A stretch of 64,000 bases of DNA, from NCBI GenBank assembly GCA_964016885.1, contig OZ024741.1:275466001-275530000 (forward strand). Reading direction: 5' to 3'. Within the stretch, counting starts at the first letter, position 1. Each line of letters opens with the position of its first letter. Shown here in pieces: positions 36,901 to 51,900 of this stretch. The notes under the pieces are model-generated. The model worked only from the letters and a program-made list of their open reading frames with translations, searched no databases and was not told where the DNA came from. The DNA is from Eledone cirrhosa (Eukaryota). Position numbers and translations under genes: made by a program.

Positions 36901-39900
36901 TGATGACAGTGGTGGTGTTGGTAGTGATGACAGTGGTGGTGTTGGTAGTGATGACAGTGGTGGTGTTGGTAGTGATGACAGTGGTGGTGTTGGTAGTGAT
37001 GACAGTGGTGGTGTTGGTTGTGATGACAGTGGTGGTGTTGGTAGTGATGACAGTGGTGGTGTTGGTAGTGATGACAGTGGTGGTGTTGGTAGTGATGACA
37101 GTGGTGGTGTTGGTAGTGATGGCAGTGGTGGTGTTGGTAGTGATGACAATGGTGGTGTTGGTAGTGATGACAGTGGTGGTGTTGGTAGTGATGACAGTGG
37201 TGGTGTTGGTAGTGATGACAGTGGTGGTGTTGGTAGTGATGACAGTGGTGGTGTTGGTAGTGATGGCAGTGATGGTGTTGGTAGTGATGGCAGTGGTGGT
37301 GTTGGTAGTGATGGTGTTGGTAGTGATGACAGTGGTGGTGTTGGTAGTGATGACAGTGGTGGTGTTGGTAGTGATGGCAGTGGTGGTGTTGGTAGTGATG
37401 ACAGTGGTGGTGTTGGTAGTGATGACAGTGGTGGTGTTGGTAGTGATGACAGTGGTGGTGTTGGTAGTGATGACAGTGGTGGTGTTGGTAGTGATGGCAG
37501 TGGTGGTGTTGGTAGTGATGACAGTGGTGGTGTTGGTAGTGATGACAGTGGTGGTGTTGGTAGTGATGACAGTGGTGGTGTTGGTAGTGATGACAGTGGT
37601 GGTGTTGGTAGTGATGGTGTTGGTAGTGATGACAGTGGTGGTGTTGGTAGTGATGGCAGTGATGGTGTTGGTAGTGATGGCAGTGGTGGTGTTGGTAGTG
37701 ATGGCAGTGGTGGTGTTGGTAGTGATGGCAGTGGTGGTGTTGGTAGTGATGACAATGGTGGTGTTGGTAGTGATGACAGTGGTGGTGTTGGTAGTGATGA
37801 CAGTGGTGGTGTTGGTAGTGATGACAGTGGTGGTGTTGGTAGTGATGACAGTGGTGGTGTTGGTAGTGATGACAGGGCGGTGTTGGTAGTGATGGCAGTG
37901 GTGTTGGTAGTGATGACAGTGGTGGTGTTGGTAGTGATGGCAGTGGTGGTGTTGGTAGTGATGGCAGTGGTGGTGTTGGTAGTGATGACAGTGGTGGTGT
38001 TGGTAGTGATGACAGTGGTGGTGTTGGTAGTGATGGCAGTGGTGGTGTTGGTAGTGATGGTGTTGGTAGTGATGACAGTGGTGGTGTTGGTAGTGATGAC
38101 AGTGGTGGTGTTGGTAGTGATGACAGTGGTGGTGTTGGTAGTGATGACAGTGGTGGTGTTGGTAGTGATGACAGTGGTGGTGTTGGTAGTGATGACAGTG
38201 GTGGTGTTGGTAGTGATGACAGTGGTGGTGTTGGTAGTGATGGCAGTGGTGGTGTTGGTAGTGATGGTGTTGGTAGTGATGACAGTGGTGGTGTTGGTAG
38301 TGATGGCAGTGATGGTGTTGGTAGTGATGGCAGTGGTGGTGTTGGTAGTGATGGCAGTGGTGGTGTTGGTAGTGATGACAGTGGCGGTGTTGGTAGTGAT
38401 GGCAGTTGTGTTGGTAGTGATGACAGTGGTGGTGTTGGTAGTGATGGCAGTGGTGGTGTTGGTAGTGATGGCAGTGGTGGTGTTGGTAGTGATGACAGTG
38501 GTGGTGTTGGTAGTGATGACAGTGGTGGTGTTGGTAGTGATGACAGTGGTGGTGTTGGTAGTGATGGCAGTGGTGGTGTTGGTAGTGATGACAGTGGTGG
38601 TGTTGGTAGTGATGACAGTGGTGGTGTTGGTAGTGATGGCAGTGGTGGTGTTGGTAGTGATGGCAGTGGTGGTGTTGGTAGTGATGACGGTGGTGGTGTT
38701 GGTAGTGATGGCAGTGGTGGTGTTGGTAGTGATGGCAGTGGTGGTGTTGGTAGTGATGACAGTGGTGGTGTTGGTAGTGATGACAGTGGTGGTGTTGGTA
38801 GTGATGACAGTGGTGGTGTTGGTAGTGATGACAGTGGTGGTGTTGGTAGTGATGACAGTGGTGGTGTTGGTAGTGATGACAGTGGTGGTGTTGGTAGTGA
38901 TGGCAGTGGTGGTGTTGGTAGTGATGACAGTGGTGGTGTTGGTAGTGATGACAGTGGTGGTGTTGGTAGTGATGACAGTGGTGGTGTTGGTAGTGATGAC
39001 AGTGGTGTTGGTAGTGATGACAGTGGTGGTGTTGGTAGTGATGACAGTGGTGGTGTTGGTAGTGATGACAGTGGTGTTGGTAGTGATGACAGTGGTGGTG
39101 TTGGTAGTGATGGCAGTGGTGGTGTTGGTAGTGATGACAGTGGTGGTGTTGGTAGTGATGACAGTGGTGGTGTTGGTAGTGATGACAGTGGTGTTGGTAG
39201 TGATGACAGTGGTGTTGGTAGTGATGGTGTTGGTAGTGATGACAGTGGTGGTGTTGGTAGTGATGACAGTGGTGGTGTTGGTAGTGATGACAGTGGTGTT
39301 GGTAGTGATGACAGTGGTGGTGTTGGTAGTGATGGCAGTGGTGGTGTTGGTAGTGATGACAGTGGTGGTGTTGGTAGTGATGGCAGTGGTGGTGTTGGTA
39401 GTGATGACAGTGGTGGTGTTGGTAGTGATGACAGTGGTGGTGTTGGTAGTGATGACAGTGGTGGTGTTGGTAGTGACGGCAGTGGTTGTGTTGGTAGTGA
39501 TGACAGTGGTGTTGGTAGTGATGACAGTGGTGGTGTTGGTAGTGATGGCAGTGGTGGTGTTGGTAGTGATGACAGTGGTGGTGTTGGTAGTGATGACAGT
39601 GGTGGTGTTGGTAGTGATGACAGTGGTGGTGTTGGTAGTGATGACAGTGGTGGTGTTGGTAGTGATGACAGTGGTGGTGTTGGTAGTGATGACAGTGGTG
39701 GTGTTGGTAGTGATGACAGTGGTGGTGTTGGTAGTGATGACAGTGGTGGTGTTGGTAGTGATGACAGTGGTGGTGTTGGTAGTGATGACAGTGGTGGTGT
39801 TGGTAGTGATGACAGTGGTGTTGGTAGTGATGGCAGTGGTGGTGTTGGTAGTGATGGCAGTGGTGGTGTTGGTAGTGATGACAGTGGTGGTGTTGGTAGT

Positions 39901-42900
39901 GATGACAGTGGTGTTGGTAGAGATGACAGTGGTGGTGTTGGTAGTGATGGCAGTGGTGGTGTTGGTAGTGATGACAGTGGTGTTGGTAGTGATGACAGTG
40001 GTGGTGTTGGTAGTGATGACAGTGATGGTGTTGGTAGTGATGGCAGTGGTGGTGTTGGTAGTGATGACAGTGGTGGTGTTGGTAGTGATGGCAGTGGTGG
40101 TGTTGGTAGTGATGGCAGTGGTGGTGTTGGTAGTGATGACAGTGGTGGTGTTGGTAGTGGTGGTGTTGGTAGTGGTGACAGTGGTGGTGTTGGTAGTGAT
40201 GACAGTGGTGGTGTTGGTAGTGATGACAGTGGTGGTGTTGGTAGTGATGGCAGTGGTGGTGTTGGTGGTGTTGGTAGTGATGACAGTGGTGGTGTTGGTA
40301 GTGATGACAGTGGTGGTGTTGGTAGTGATGGCAGTGGTGGTGTTGGTAGTGGTGGTGTTGGTAGTGATGGCAGTGGTGGTGTTGGTAGTGATGACAGTGG
40401 TGGTGTTGGTAGTGATGGCAGTGGTGGTGTTGGTAGTGGTGGTGTTGGTAGTGATGGCAGTGGTGGTGTTGGTAGTGATGACAGTGGTGGTGTTGGTAGT
40501 GATGGCAGTGGTGGTGTTGGTAGTGATGGCAGTGGTGGTGTTGGTAGTGGTGGTGTTGGTAGTGATGGCAGTGGTGGTGTTGGTAGTTATGGCAGTGGTG
40601 GTGTTGGTAGTGGTGGTGTTGGTAGTGATGACAGTGGTGGTGTTGGTAGTGATGGCAGTGGTGGTGTTGGTAGTGATGGCAGTGGTGGTGTTGGTAGTGA
40701 TGACAGTGGTGGTGTTGGTAGTGATGACAGTGGTGGTGTTGGTAGTGATGGCAGTGGTGGTGTTGGTAGTGGTGGTGTTGGTAGTGATGGCAGTGGTGGT
40801 GTTGGTAGTGATGACAGTGGTGGTGTTGGTAGTGATGACAGTGGTGGTGTTGGTAGTGATGGTAGTGGTGGTGTTGGTAGTGGTGGAGTTGGTAGTGATG
40901 ACAGTGGTGGTGTTGGTAGTGATGACAGTGGTGGTGTTGGTAGTGATGACAGTGGTGGTGTTGGTAGTGATGACAGTGGTGGTGTTGGTAGTGATGGCAG
41001 TGGTGGTGTTGGTAGTGATGGCAGTGGTGGTGTTGGTAGTGGTGGTGTTGGTAGTGATGACAGTGGTGGTGTTGGTAGTGATGGCAGTGGTGGTGTTGGT
41101 AGTGGTGGTGTTGGTAGTGATGACAGTGGTGGTGTTGGTAGTGATGGCAGTGGTGGTGTTGGTACTGGTGGTGTTGGTAGTGATGACAGTGGTGGTGTTG
41201 GTAGTGATGACAGTGGTGGTGTTGGTAGTGGTGGTGTTGGTAGTGATGGCAGTGGTGGTGTTGGTAGTGATGGCAGTGGTGGTGTTGGTAATGGTGGTGT
41301 TGGTAGTGATGACAGTGGTGGTGTTGGTAGTGATGGTAGTGGTGGTGTTGGTAGTGGTGGTGTTGGTAGTGATGACAGTGGTGGTGTTGGTAGTGATGAC
41401 AGTGGTGGTGTTGGTAGTGGTGGTGTTGGTAGTGATGACAGTGGTGGTGTTGGTAGTGATGGTAGTGGTGGTGTTGGTAGTGATGACAGTGGTGGTGTTG
41501 GTAGTGATGACAGTGGTGGTGTTGGTAGTGATGACAGTGGTGGTGTTGGTAGTGATGGCAGTGGTGGTGTTGGTAGTGATGGCAGTGGTGGTGTTGGTAG
41601 TGGTGGTGTTGGTAGTGATGACAGTGGTGGTGTTGGTAGTGATGGCAGTGGAGGTGTTGGTAGTGGTGGTGTTGGTAGTGATGACAGTGGTGGTGTTGGT
41701 AGTGATGGCAGTGGTGGTGTTGGTAGTGATGACAGTGGTGGTGTTGGTAGTGATGGCAGTGGTGGTGTTGGTAGTGGTGGTGTTGGTAGTGATGACAGTG
41801 GTGGTGTTGTTAGTGATGGCAGTGGTGGTGTTGGTAGTGATGACAGTGGTGGTGTTGGTAGTGATGACAGTGGTGGTGTTGGTAGTGATGACAGTGGTGG
41901 TGTTGGTAGTGATGGCAGTGGTGGTGTTGGTAGTGGTGGTGTTGGTAGTGGTGGTGTTGGTAGTGATGACAGTGGTGGTGTTGGTAGTGATGGCAGTGGT
42001 GGTGTTGGTAGTGGTGGTGTTGGTAGTGATGGCAGTGGTGGTGTTGGTAGTGATGACAGTGGTGGTGTTGGTAGTGATGGCAGTGGTGGTGTTGGTAGTG
42101 ATGACAGTGGTGGTGTTGGTAGTGATGGCAGTGGTGGTGTTGGTAGTGATGACAGTGGTGGTGTTGGTAGTGATGGCAGTGGTGGTGTTGGTAGTGATGG
42201 CAGTGGTGGTGTTGGTAGTGATGGCAGTGGTGGTGTTGGTAGTGATGGCAGTGGTGGTGTTGGTAGTGATGGCAGTGGTGGTGTTGGTAGTGATGACAGT
42301 GGTGGTGTTGGTAGTGATGACAGTGGTGGTGTTGGTAGTGATGGTAGTGGTGGTGTTGGTAGTGATGGCAGTGGTGGTGTTGGTAGTGATGACAGTGGTG
42401 GTGTTGGTAGTGATGGTGTTGGTAGTGATGACAGTGGTGGTGTTGGTAGTGATGACAGTGGTGGTGTTGGTAGTGGTGGTGTTGGTAGTGATGACAGTGG
42501 TGGTGTTGGTAGTGATGACAGTGGTGGTGTTGGTAGTGATGGCAGTGGTGGTGTTGGTAGTGATGACAGTGGTGGTGTTGGTAGTGATGACAGTGGTGGT
42601 GTTGGTAGTGATGGCAGTGGTGGTGTTAGTAGTGATGACAGTGATGGTGTTGGTAGTGATGGCAGTGGTGGTGTTGGTAGTGATGGCAGTGGTGGTGTTG
42701 GTAGTGATGACAGTGGTGGTGTTGGTAGTGGTGACAGTGGTGGTGTTGGTAGTGATGGCAGTGATAGTGTTGGTAGTGGTGATAGTGGTGGTGTTGGTAG
42801 TGATGACAGTGGTGGTGTTGGTAGTGATGACAGTGGTGGTGTTGGTAGTGATGACAGTGGTGGTGTTGGTAGTGATGACAGTGGTGGTGTTGGTAGTGGT

Positions 42901-45900
42901 GACAGTGGTGGTGTTGGTAGTGATGGCAGTGGTGGTGTTGGTAGTGATGGTGTTGGTGTTGGTAGTGGTGGTGTTGGTAGTGATGACAGTGGTGGTGTTG
43001 GTAGTGATGGCAGTGGTGGTGTTGGTAGTGATGGTGTTGGTGTTGGTAGTGGTGGTGTTGGTAGTGATGACAGTGGTGGTGTTGGTAGTGATGACAGTGG
43101 TGGTGTTGGTAGTGATGGCAGTGGTGGTGTTGGTAGTGATGACAGTGGTGGTGTTGGTAGTGATGGCAGTGGTGGTGTTGGTAGTGATGGTGTTGGTAGT
43201 GATGGCAGTGGTGGTGTTGGTAGTGATGACAGTGGTGGTGTTGGTAGTGATGGCAGTGGTGGTGTTGGTAGTGATGGCAGTGGTGGTGTTGGTAGTGATG
43301 ACAGTGGTGGTGTTGGTAGTGATGGCAGTGGTGTTGTTGGTAGTGATGGCAGTGGTGGTGTTGGTAGTGGTGACAGTGGTGGTGTTGGTAGTGATGGCAG
43401 TGGTGGTGTTGGTAGTGATGGCAGTGGTGGTGTTGGTAGTGATGGCAGTGGTGGTGTTGGTAGTGGTGACAGTGGTGGTGTTGGTAGTGGTGGTGTTGGT
43501 AGTGATGGCAGTGGTGGTGTTGGTAGTGGTGACAGTGGTGGTGTTGGTAGTGATGGTGTTGGTAGTGATGGCAGTGGTGGTGTTGGTAGTGATGACAGTG
43601 GTGGTGTTGGTAGTGATGGCAGTGGTGGTGTTGGTAGTGATGACAGTGGTGGTGTTGGTAGTGACGGCAGTGGTGGTGTTGGTAGTGACGACAGTGGTGG
43701 TGTTGGTAGTGATGACAGTGGTGGTGTTGGTAGTGATGACAGTGGTGGTGTTGGTAGTGACGGCAGTGGTGGTGTTGGTAGTGACGACAGTGGTGGTGTT
43801 GGTAGTGATGACAGTGGTGGTGTTGGTAGTGATGACAGTGGTGGTGTTGGTAGTGATGACACTGGTGGTGTTGGTAGTGATGGCAGTGGTGGTGTTGGTA
43901 GTGATGACAGTGGTGGTGTTGGTAGTGACGGCAGTGGTGGTGTTGGTAGTGATGACAGTGGTGGTGTTGGTAGTGATGACAGTGGGGGTGTTGGTAGTGA
44001 TGGTGTTGGTAGTGATGACAGTGGTGGTGTTGGTAGTGATGGCAGTGATGGTGTTGGTAGTGATGGCAGTGGTGGTGTTGGTAGTGATGGTGTTGGTAGT
44101 GATGACAGTGGTGGTGTTGGTAGTGATGACAGTGGTGGTGTTGGTAGTGATGGCAGTGGTGGTGTTGGTAGTGATGACAGTGGTGGTGTTGGTAGTGATG
44201 ACAGTGGTGGTGTTGGTAGTGATGACAGTGGTGGTGTTGGTAGTGATGACAGTGGTGGTGTTGGTAGTGATGGCAGTGGTGGTGTTGGTAGTGATGACAG
44301 TGGTGGTGTTGGTAGTGATGACAGTGGTGGTGTTGGTAGTGATGACAGTGGTGGTGTTGGTAGTGATGACAGTGGTGGTGTTGGTAGTGATGGTGTTGGT
44401 AGTGATGACAGTGGTGGTGTTGGTAGTGATGGCAGTGATGGTGTTGGTAGTGATGGCAGTGGTGGTGTTGGTAGTGATGGCAGTGGTGGTGTTGGTAGTG
44501 ATGACAATGGTGGTGTTGGTAGTGATGACAGTGGTGGTGTTGGTAGTGATGACAGTGGTGGTGTTGGTAGTGATGACAGTGGTGGTGTTGGTAGTGATGA
44601 CAGTGGTGGTGTTGGTAGTGATGACAGGGCGGTGTTGGTAGTGATGGCAGTGGTGTTGGTAGTGATGACAGTGGTGGTGTTGGTAGTGATGGCAGTGGTG
44701 GTGTTGGTAGTGATGGCAGTGGTGGTGTTGGTAGTGATGACAGTGGTGGTGTTGGTAGTGATGACAGTGGTGGTGTTGGTAGTGATGGCAGTGGTGGTGT
44801 TGGTAGTGATGGTGTTGGTAGTGATGACAGTGGTGGTGTTGGTAGTGATGACAGTGGTGGTGTTGGTAGTGATGACAGTGGTGGTGTTGGTAGTGATGAC
44901 AGTGGTGGTGTTGGTAGTGATGACAGTGGTGGTGTTGGTAGTGATGACAGTGGTGGTGTTGGTAGTGATGACAGTGGTGGTGTTGGTAGTGATGGCAGTG
45001 GTGGTGTTGGTAGTGATGGTGTTGGTAGTGATGACAGTGGTGGTGTTGGTAGTGATGGCAGTGATGGTGTTGGTAGTGATGGCAGTGGTGGTGTTGGTAG
45101 TGATGGCAGTGGTGGTGTTGGTAGTGATGACAGTGGCGGTGTTGGTAGTGATGGCAGTTGTGTTGGTAGTGATGACAGTGGTGGTGTTGGTAGTGATGGC
45201 AGTGGTGGTGTTGGTAGTGGTGGTGTTGGTAGTGATGACAGTGGTGGTGTTGGTAGTGATGACAGTGGTGGTGTTGGTAGTGATGACAGTGGTGGTGTTG
45301 GTAGTGATGGCAGTGGTGGTGTTGGTAGTGATGACAGTGGTGGTGTTGGTAGTGATGACAGTGGTGGTGTTGGTAGTGATGGCAGTGGTGGTGTTGGTAG
45401 TGATGGCAGTGGTGGTGTTGGTAGTGATGACGGTGGTGGTGTTGGTAGTGATGGCAGTGGTGGTGTTGGTAGTGATGGCAGTGGTGGTGTTGGTAGTGAT
45501 GACAGTGGTGGTGTTGGTAGTGATGACAGTGGTGGTGTTGGTAGTGATGACAGTGGTGGTGTTGGTAGTGATGACAGTGGTGGTGTTGGTAGTGATGACA
45601 GTGGTGGTGTTGGTAGTGATGGCAGTGGTGGTGTTGGTAGTGATGACAGTGGTGGTGTTGGTAGTGATGACAGTGGTGGTGTTGGTAGTGATGACAGTGG
45701 TGTTGGTAGTGATGACAGTGGTGGTGTTGGTAGTGATGACAGTGGTGGTGTTGGTAGTGATGACAGTGGTGTTGGTAGTGATGACAGTGGTGGTGTTGGT
45801 AGTGATGGCAGTGGTGGTGTTGGTAGTGATGACAGTGGTGGTGTTGGTAGTGATGACAGTGGTGGTGTTGGTAGTGATGACAGTGGTGGTGTTGGTAGTG

Positions 45901-48900
45901 ATGACAGTGGTGTTGGTAGTGATGACAGTGGTGGTGTTGGTAGTGATGACAGTGGTGGTGTTGGTAGTGATGACAGTGGTGTTGGTAGTGATGACAGTGG
46001 TGGTGTTGGTAGTGATGGCAGTGGTGGTGTTGGTAGTGATGACAGTGGTGTTGGTAGTGATGACAGTGGTGGTGTTGGTAGTGATGGCAGTGGTGGTGTT
46101 GGTAGTGATGACAGTGGTGGTGTTGGTAGTGATGACAGTGGTGGTGTTGGTAGTGATGACAGTGGTGGTGTTGGTAGTGACGGCAGTGGTTGTGTTGGTA
46201 GTGATGACAGTGGTGTTGGTAGTGATGACAGTGGTGGTGTTGGTAGTGATGGCAGTGGTGGTGTTGGTAGTGATGACAGTGGTGGTGTTGGTAGTGATGA
46301 CAGTGGTGGTGTTGGTAGTGACGGCAGTGGTTGTGTTGGTAGTGATGACAGTGGTGTTGGTAGTGATGACAGTGGTGGTGTTGGTAGTGATGGCAGTGGT
46401 GGTGTTGGTAGTGATGACAGTGGTGGTGTTGGTAGTGATGACAGTGGTGGTGTTGGTAGTGATGACAGTGGTGGTGTTGGTAGTGATGACAGTGGTGGTG
46501 TTGGTAGTGATGACAGTGGTGGTGTTGGTAGTGATGACAGTGGTGGTGTTGGTAGTGATGACAGTGGTGGTGTTGGTAGTGATGACAGTGGTGGTGTTGG
46601 TAGTGATGACAGTGGTGGTGTTGGTAGTGATGACAGTGGTGGTGTTGGTAGTGATGACAGGGCGGTGTTGGTAGTGATGGCAGTGGTGTTGGTAGTGATG
46701 ACAGTGGTGGTGTTGGTAGTGATGGCAGTGGTGGTGTTGGTAGTGATGGCAGTGGTGGTGTTGGTAGTGATGACAGTGGTGGTGTTGGTAGTGATGACAG
46801 TGGTGGTGTTGGTAGTGATGGCAGTGGTGGTGTTGGTAGTGATGGTGTTGGTAGTGATGACAGTGGTGGTGTTGGTAGTGATGACAGTGGTGGTGTTGGT
46901 AGTGATGACAGTGGTGGTGTTGGTAGTGATGACAGTGGTGGTGTTGGTAGTGATGACAGTGGTGGTGTTGGTAGTGATGACAGTGGTGGTGTTGGTAGTG
47001 ATGACAGTGGTGGTGTTGGTAGTGATGGCAGTGGTGGTGTTGGTAGTGATGGTGTTGGTAGTGATGACAGTGGTTGTGTTGGTAGTGATGGCAGTGATGG
47101 TGTTGGTAGTGATGGCAGTGGTGGTGTTGGTAGTGATGGCAGTGGTGGTGTTGGTAGTGATGACAGTGGCGGTGTTGGTAGTGATGGCAGTTGTGTTGGT
47201 AGTGATGACAGTGGTGGTGTTGGTAGTGATGGCAGTGGTGGTGTTGGTAGTGATGGCAGTGGTGGTGTTGGTAGTGATGACAGTGGTGGTGTTGGTAGTG
47301 ATGACAGTGGTGGTGTTGGTAGTGATGACAGTGGTGGTGTTGGTAGTGATGGCAGTGGTGGTGTTGGTAGTGATGACAGTGGTGGTGTTGGTAGTGATGA
47401 CAGTGGTGGTGTTGGTAGTGATGGCAGTGGTGGTGTTGGTAGTGATGGCAGTGGTGGTGTTGGTAGTGATGACGGTGGTGGTGTTGGTAGTGATGGCAGT
47501 GGTGGTGTTGGTAGTGATGGCAGTGGTGGTGTTGGTAGTGATGACAGTGGTGGTGTTGGTAGTGATGACAGTGGTGGTGTTGGTAGTGATGACAGTGGTG
47601 GTGTTGGTAGTGATGACAGTGGTGGTGTTGGTAGTGATGACAGTGGTGGTGTTGGTAGTGATGGCAGTGGTGGTGTTGGTAGTGATGACAGTGGTGGTGT
47701 TGGTAGTGATGACAGTGGTGGTGTTGGTAGTGATGACAGTGGTGTTGGTAGTGATGACAGTGGTGGTGTTGGTAGTGATGACAGTGGTGGTGTTGGTAGT
47801 GATGACAGTGGTGTTGGTAGTGATGACAGTGGTGGTGTTGGTAGTGATGGCAGTGGTGGTGTTGGTAGTGATGACAGTGGTGGTGTTGGTAGTGATGACA
47901 GTGGTGGTGTTGGTAGTGATGACAGTGGTGGTGTTGGTAGTGATGACAGTGGTGTTGGTAGTGATGACAGTGGTGGTGTTGGTAGTGATGACAGTGGTGT
48001 TGGTAGTGATGACAGTGGTGGTGTTGGTAGTGATGGCAGTGGTGGTGTTGGTAGTGATGACAGTGGTGTTGGTAGTGATGACAGTGGTGCTGTTGGTAGT
48101 GATGGCAGTGGTGGTGTTGGTAGTGATGACAGTGGTGGTGTTGGTAGTGATGACAGTGGTGGTGTTGGTAGTGATGACAGTGGTGGTGTTGGTAGTGACG
48201 GCAGTGGTTGTGTTGGTAGTGATGACAGTGGTGTTGGTAGTGATGACAGTGGTGGTGTTGGTAGTGATGGCAGTGGTGGTGTTGGTAGTGATGACAGTGG
48301 TGGTGTTGGTAGTGATGACAGTGGTGGTGTTGGTAGTGACGGCAGTGGTTGTGTTGGTAGTGATGACAGTGGTGGTGTTGGTAGTGATGACAGTGGTGGT
48401 GTTGGTAGTGATGACAGTGGTGGTGTTGGTAGTGATGACAGTGGTGTTGGTAGTGATGACAGTGGTGTTGGTAGTGATGACAGTGGTGGTGTTGGTAGTG
48501 ATGACAGTGGTGGTGTTGGTAGTGATGACAGTGGTGTTGGTAGTGATGACAGTGGTGGTGTTGGTAGTGATGGCAGTGGTGGTGTTGGTAGTGATGACAG
48601 TGGTGGTGTTGGTAGTGATGACAGTGGTGGTGTTGGTAGTGATGACAGTGGTGGTGTTGGTAGTGATGACAGTGGTGGTGTTGGTAGTGATGACAGTGGT
48701 GGTGTTGGTAGTGATGACAGGGCGGTGTTGGTAGTGATGGCAGTGGTGTTGGTAGTGATGACAGTGGTGGTGTTGGTAGTGATGGCAGTGGTGGTGTTGG
48801 TAGTGATGACAGTGGTGGTGTTGGTAGTGATGACAGTGGTGGTGTTGGTAGTGATGGCAGTGGTGGTGTTGGTAGTGATGGTGTTGGTAGTGATGACAGT

Positions 48901-51900
48901 GGTGGTGTTGGTAGTGATGACAGTGGTGGTGTTGGTAGTGATGACAGTGGTGGTGTTGGTAGTGATGACAGTGGTGGTGTTGGTAGTGATGACAGTGGTG
49001 GTGTTGGTAGTGATGACAGTGGTGGTGTTGGTAGTGATGACAGTGGTGGTGTTGGTAGTGATGACAGTGGTGGTGTTGGTAGTGATGGCAGTGGTGGTGT
49101 TGGTAGTGATGGTGTTGGTAGTGATGACAGTGGTGGTGTTGGTAGTGATGGCAGTGATGGTGTTGGTAGTGATGGCAGTGGTGGTGTTGGTAGTGATGGC
49201 AGTGGTGGTGTTGGTAGTGATGACAGTGGCGGTGTTGGTAGTGATGGCAGTTGTGTTGGTAGTGATGACAGTGGTGGTGTTGGTAGTGATGGCAGTGGTG
49301 GTGTTGGTAGTGATGACAGTGGTGGTGTTGGTAGTGATGGCAGTGGTGGTGTTGGTAGTGATGACAGTGGTGGTGTTGGTAGTGATGACAGTGGTGGTGT
49401 TGGTAGTGATGGCAGTGGTGGTGTTGGTAGTGATGGCAGTGGTGGTGTTGGTAGTGATGACGGTGGTGGTGTTGGTAGTGATGGCAGTGGTGGTGTTGGT
49501 AGTGATGGCAGTGGTGGTGTTGGTAGTGATGACAGTGGTGGTGTTGGTAGTGATGACAGTGGTGGTGTTGGTAGTGATGACAGTGGTGGTGTTGGTAGTG
49601 ATGACAGTGGTGGTGTTGGTAGTGATGACAGTGGTGGTGTTGGTAGTGATGGCAGTGGTGGTGTTGGTAGTGATGACAGTGGTGGTGTTGGTAGTGATGA
49701 CAGTGGTGGTGTTGGTAGTGATGACAGTGGTGTTGGTAGTGATGACAGTGGTGGTGTTGGTAGTGATGACAGTGGTGGTGTTGGTAGTGATGACAGTGGT
49801 GTTGGTAGTGATGACAGTGGTGGTGTTGGTAGTGATGGCAGTGGTGGTGTTGGTAGTGATGACAGTGGTGGTGTTGGTAGTGATGACAGTGGTGGTGTTG
49901 GTAGTGATGACAGTGGTGGTGTTGGTAGTGATGACAGTGGTGTTGGTAGTGATGACAGTGGTGGTGTTGGTAGTGATGACAGTGGTGGTGTTGGTAGTGA
50001 TGACAGTGGTGTTGGTAGTGATGACAGTGGTGGTGTTGGTAGTGATGGCAGTGGTGGTGTTGGTAGTGATGACAGTGGTGTTGGTAGTGATGACAGTGGT
50101 GGTGTTGGTAGTGATGGCAGTGGTGGTGTTGGTAGTGATGACAGTGGTGGTGTTGGTAGTGATGACAGTGGTGGTGTTGGTAGTGATGACAGTGGTGGTG
50201 TTGGTAGTGACGGCAGTGGTTGTGTTGGTAGTGATGACAGTGGTGTTGGTAGTGATGACAGTGGTGGTGTTGGTAGTGATGGCAGTGGTGGTGTTGGTAG
50301 TGATGACAGTGGTGGTGTTGGTAGTGATGACAGTGGTGGTGTTGGTAGTGACGGCAGTGGTTGTGTTGGTAGTGATGACAGTGGTGTTGGTAGTGATGAC
50401 AGTGGTGGTGTTGGTAGTGATGGCAGTGGTGGTGTTGGTAGTGATGACAGTGGTGGTGTTGGTAGTGATGACAGTGGTGGTGTTGGTAGTGATGACAGTG
50501 GTGGTGTTGGTAGTGATGACAGTGGTGGTGTTGGTAGTGATGACAGTGGTGGTGTTGGTAGTGATGACAGTGGTGGTGTTGGTAGTGATGACAGTGGTGG
50601 TGTTGGTAGTGATGACAGTGGTGGTGTTGGTAGTGATGACAGTGGTGGTGTTGGTAGTGATGGCAGTGGTGGTGTTGGTAGTGATGACAGTGGTGGTGTT
50701 GGTAGTGATGACAGTGGTGTTGGTAGTGATGGCAGTGGTGGTGTTGGTAGTGATGGCAGTGGTGGTGTTGGTAGTGATGACAGTGGTGGTGTTGGTAGTG
50801 ATGACAGTGGTGTTGGTAGAGATGACAGTGGTGGTGTTGGTAGTGATGGCAGTGGTGGTGTTGGTAGTGATGACAGTGGTGTTGGTAGTGATGACAGTGG
50901 TGGTGTTGGTAGTGATGACAGTGATGGTGTTGGTAGTGATGGCAGTGGTGGTGTTGGTAGTGATGACAGTGGTGGTGTTGGTAGTGATGGCAGTGGTGGT
51001 GTTGGTAGTGATGGCAGTGGTGGTGTTGGTAGTGATGACAGTGGTGGTGTTGGTAGTGGTGACAGTGGTGGTGTTGGTAGTGATGACAGTGGTGGTGTTG
51101 GTAGTGATGACAGTGGTGGTGTTGGTAGTGATGGCAGTGGTGGTGTTGGTGGTGTTGGTAGTGATGACAGTGGTGGTGTTGGTAGTGATGACAGTGGTGG
51201 TGTTGGTAGTGATGGCAGTGGTGGTGTTGGTAGTGGTGGTGTTGGTAGTGATGGCAGTGGTGGTGTTGGTAGTGATGACTGTGGTGGTGTTGGTAGTGAT
51301 GACAGTGGTGGTGTTGGTAGTGATGGCAGTGGTGGTGTTGGTAGTGGTGGTGTTGGTAGTGATGGCAGTGGTGGTGTTGGTAGTGATGACAGTGGTGGTG
51401 TTGGTAGTGATGGCAGTGGTGGTGTTGGTAGTGGTGGTGTTGGTAGTGATGGCAGTGGTGGTGTTGGTAGTGGTGGTGTTGGTAGTGATGGCAGTGGTGG
51501 TGTTGGTAGTTATGGCAGTGGTGGTGTTGGTAGTGGTGGTGTTGGTAGTGATGACAGTGGTGGTGTTGGTAGTGATGGCAGTGGTGGTGTTGGTAGTGAT
51601 GGCAGTGGTGGTGTTGGTAGTGATGACAGTGGTGGTGTTGGTAGTGATGACAGTGGTGGTGTTGGTAGTGATGACAGTGGTGGTGTTGGTAGTGATGGCA
51701 GTGGTGGTGTTGGTAGTGGTGGTGTTGGTAGTGATGGCAGTGGTGGTGTTGGTAGTGATGACAGTGGTGGTGTTGGTAGTGATGGCAGTGGTGGTGTTGG
51801 TAGTGATGACAGTGGTGGTGTTGGTAGTGATGGTAGTGGTGGTGTTGGTAGTGGTGGAGTTGGTAGTGATGACAGTGGTGGTGTTGGTAGTGATGACAGT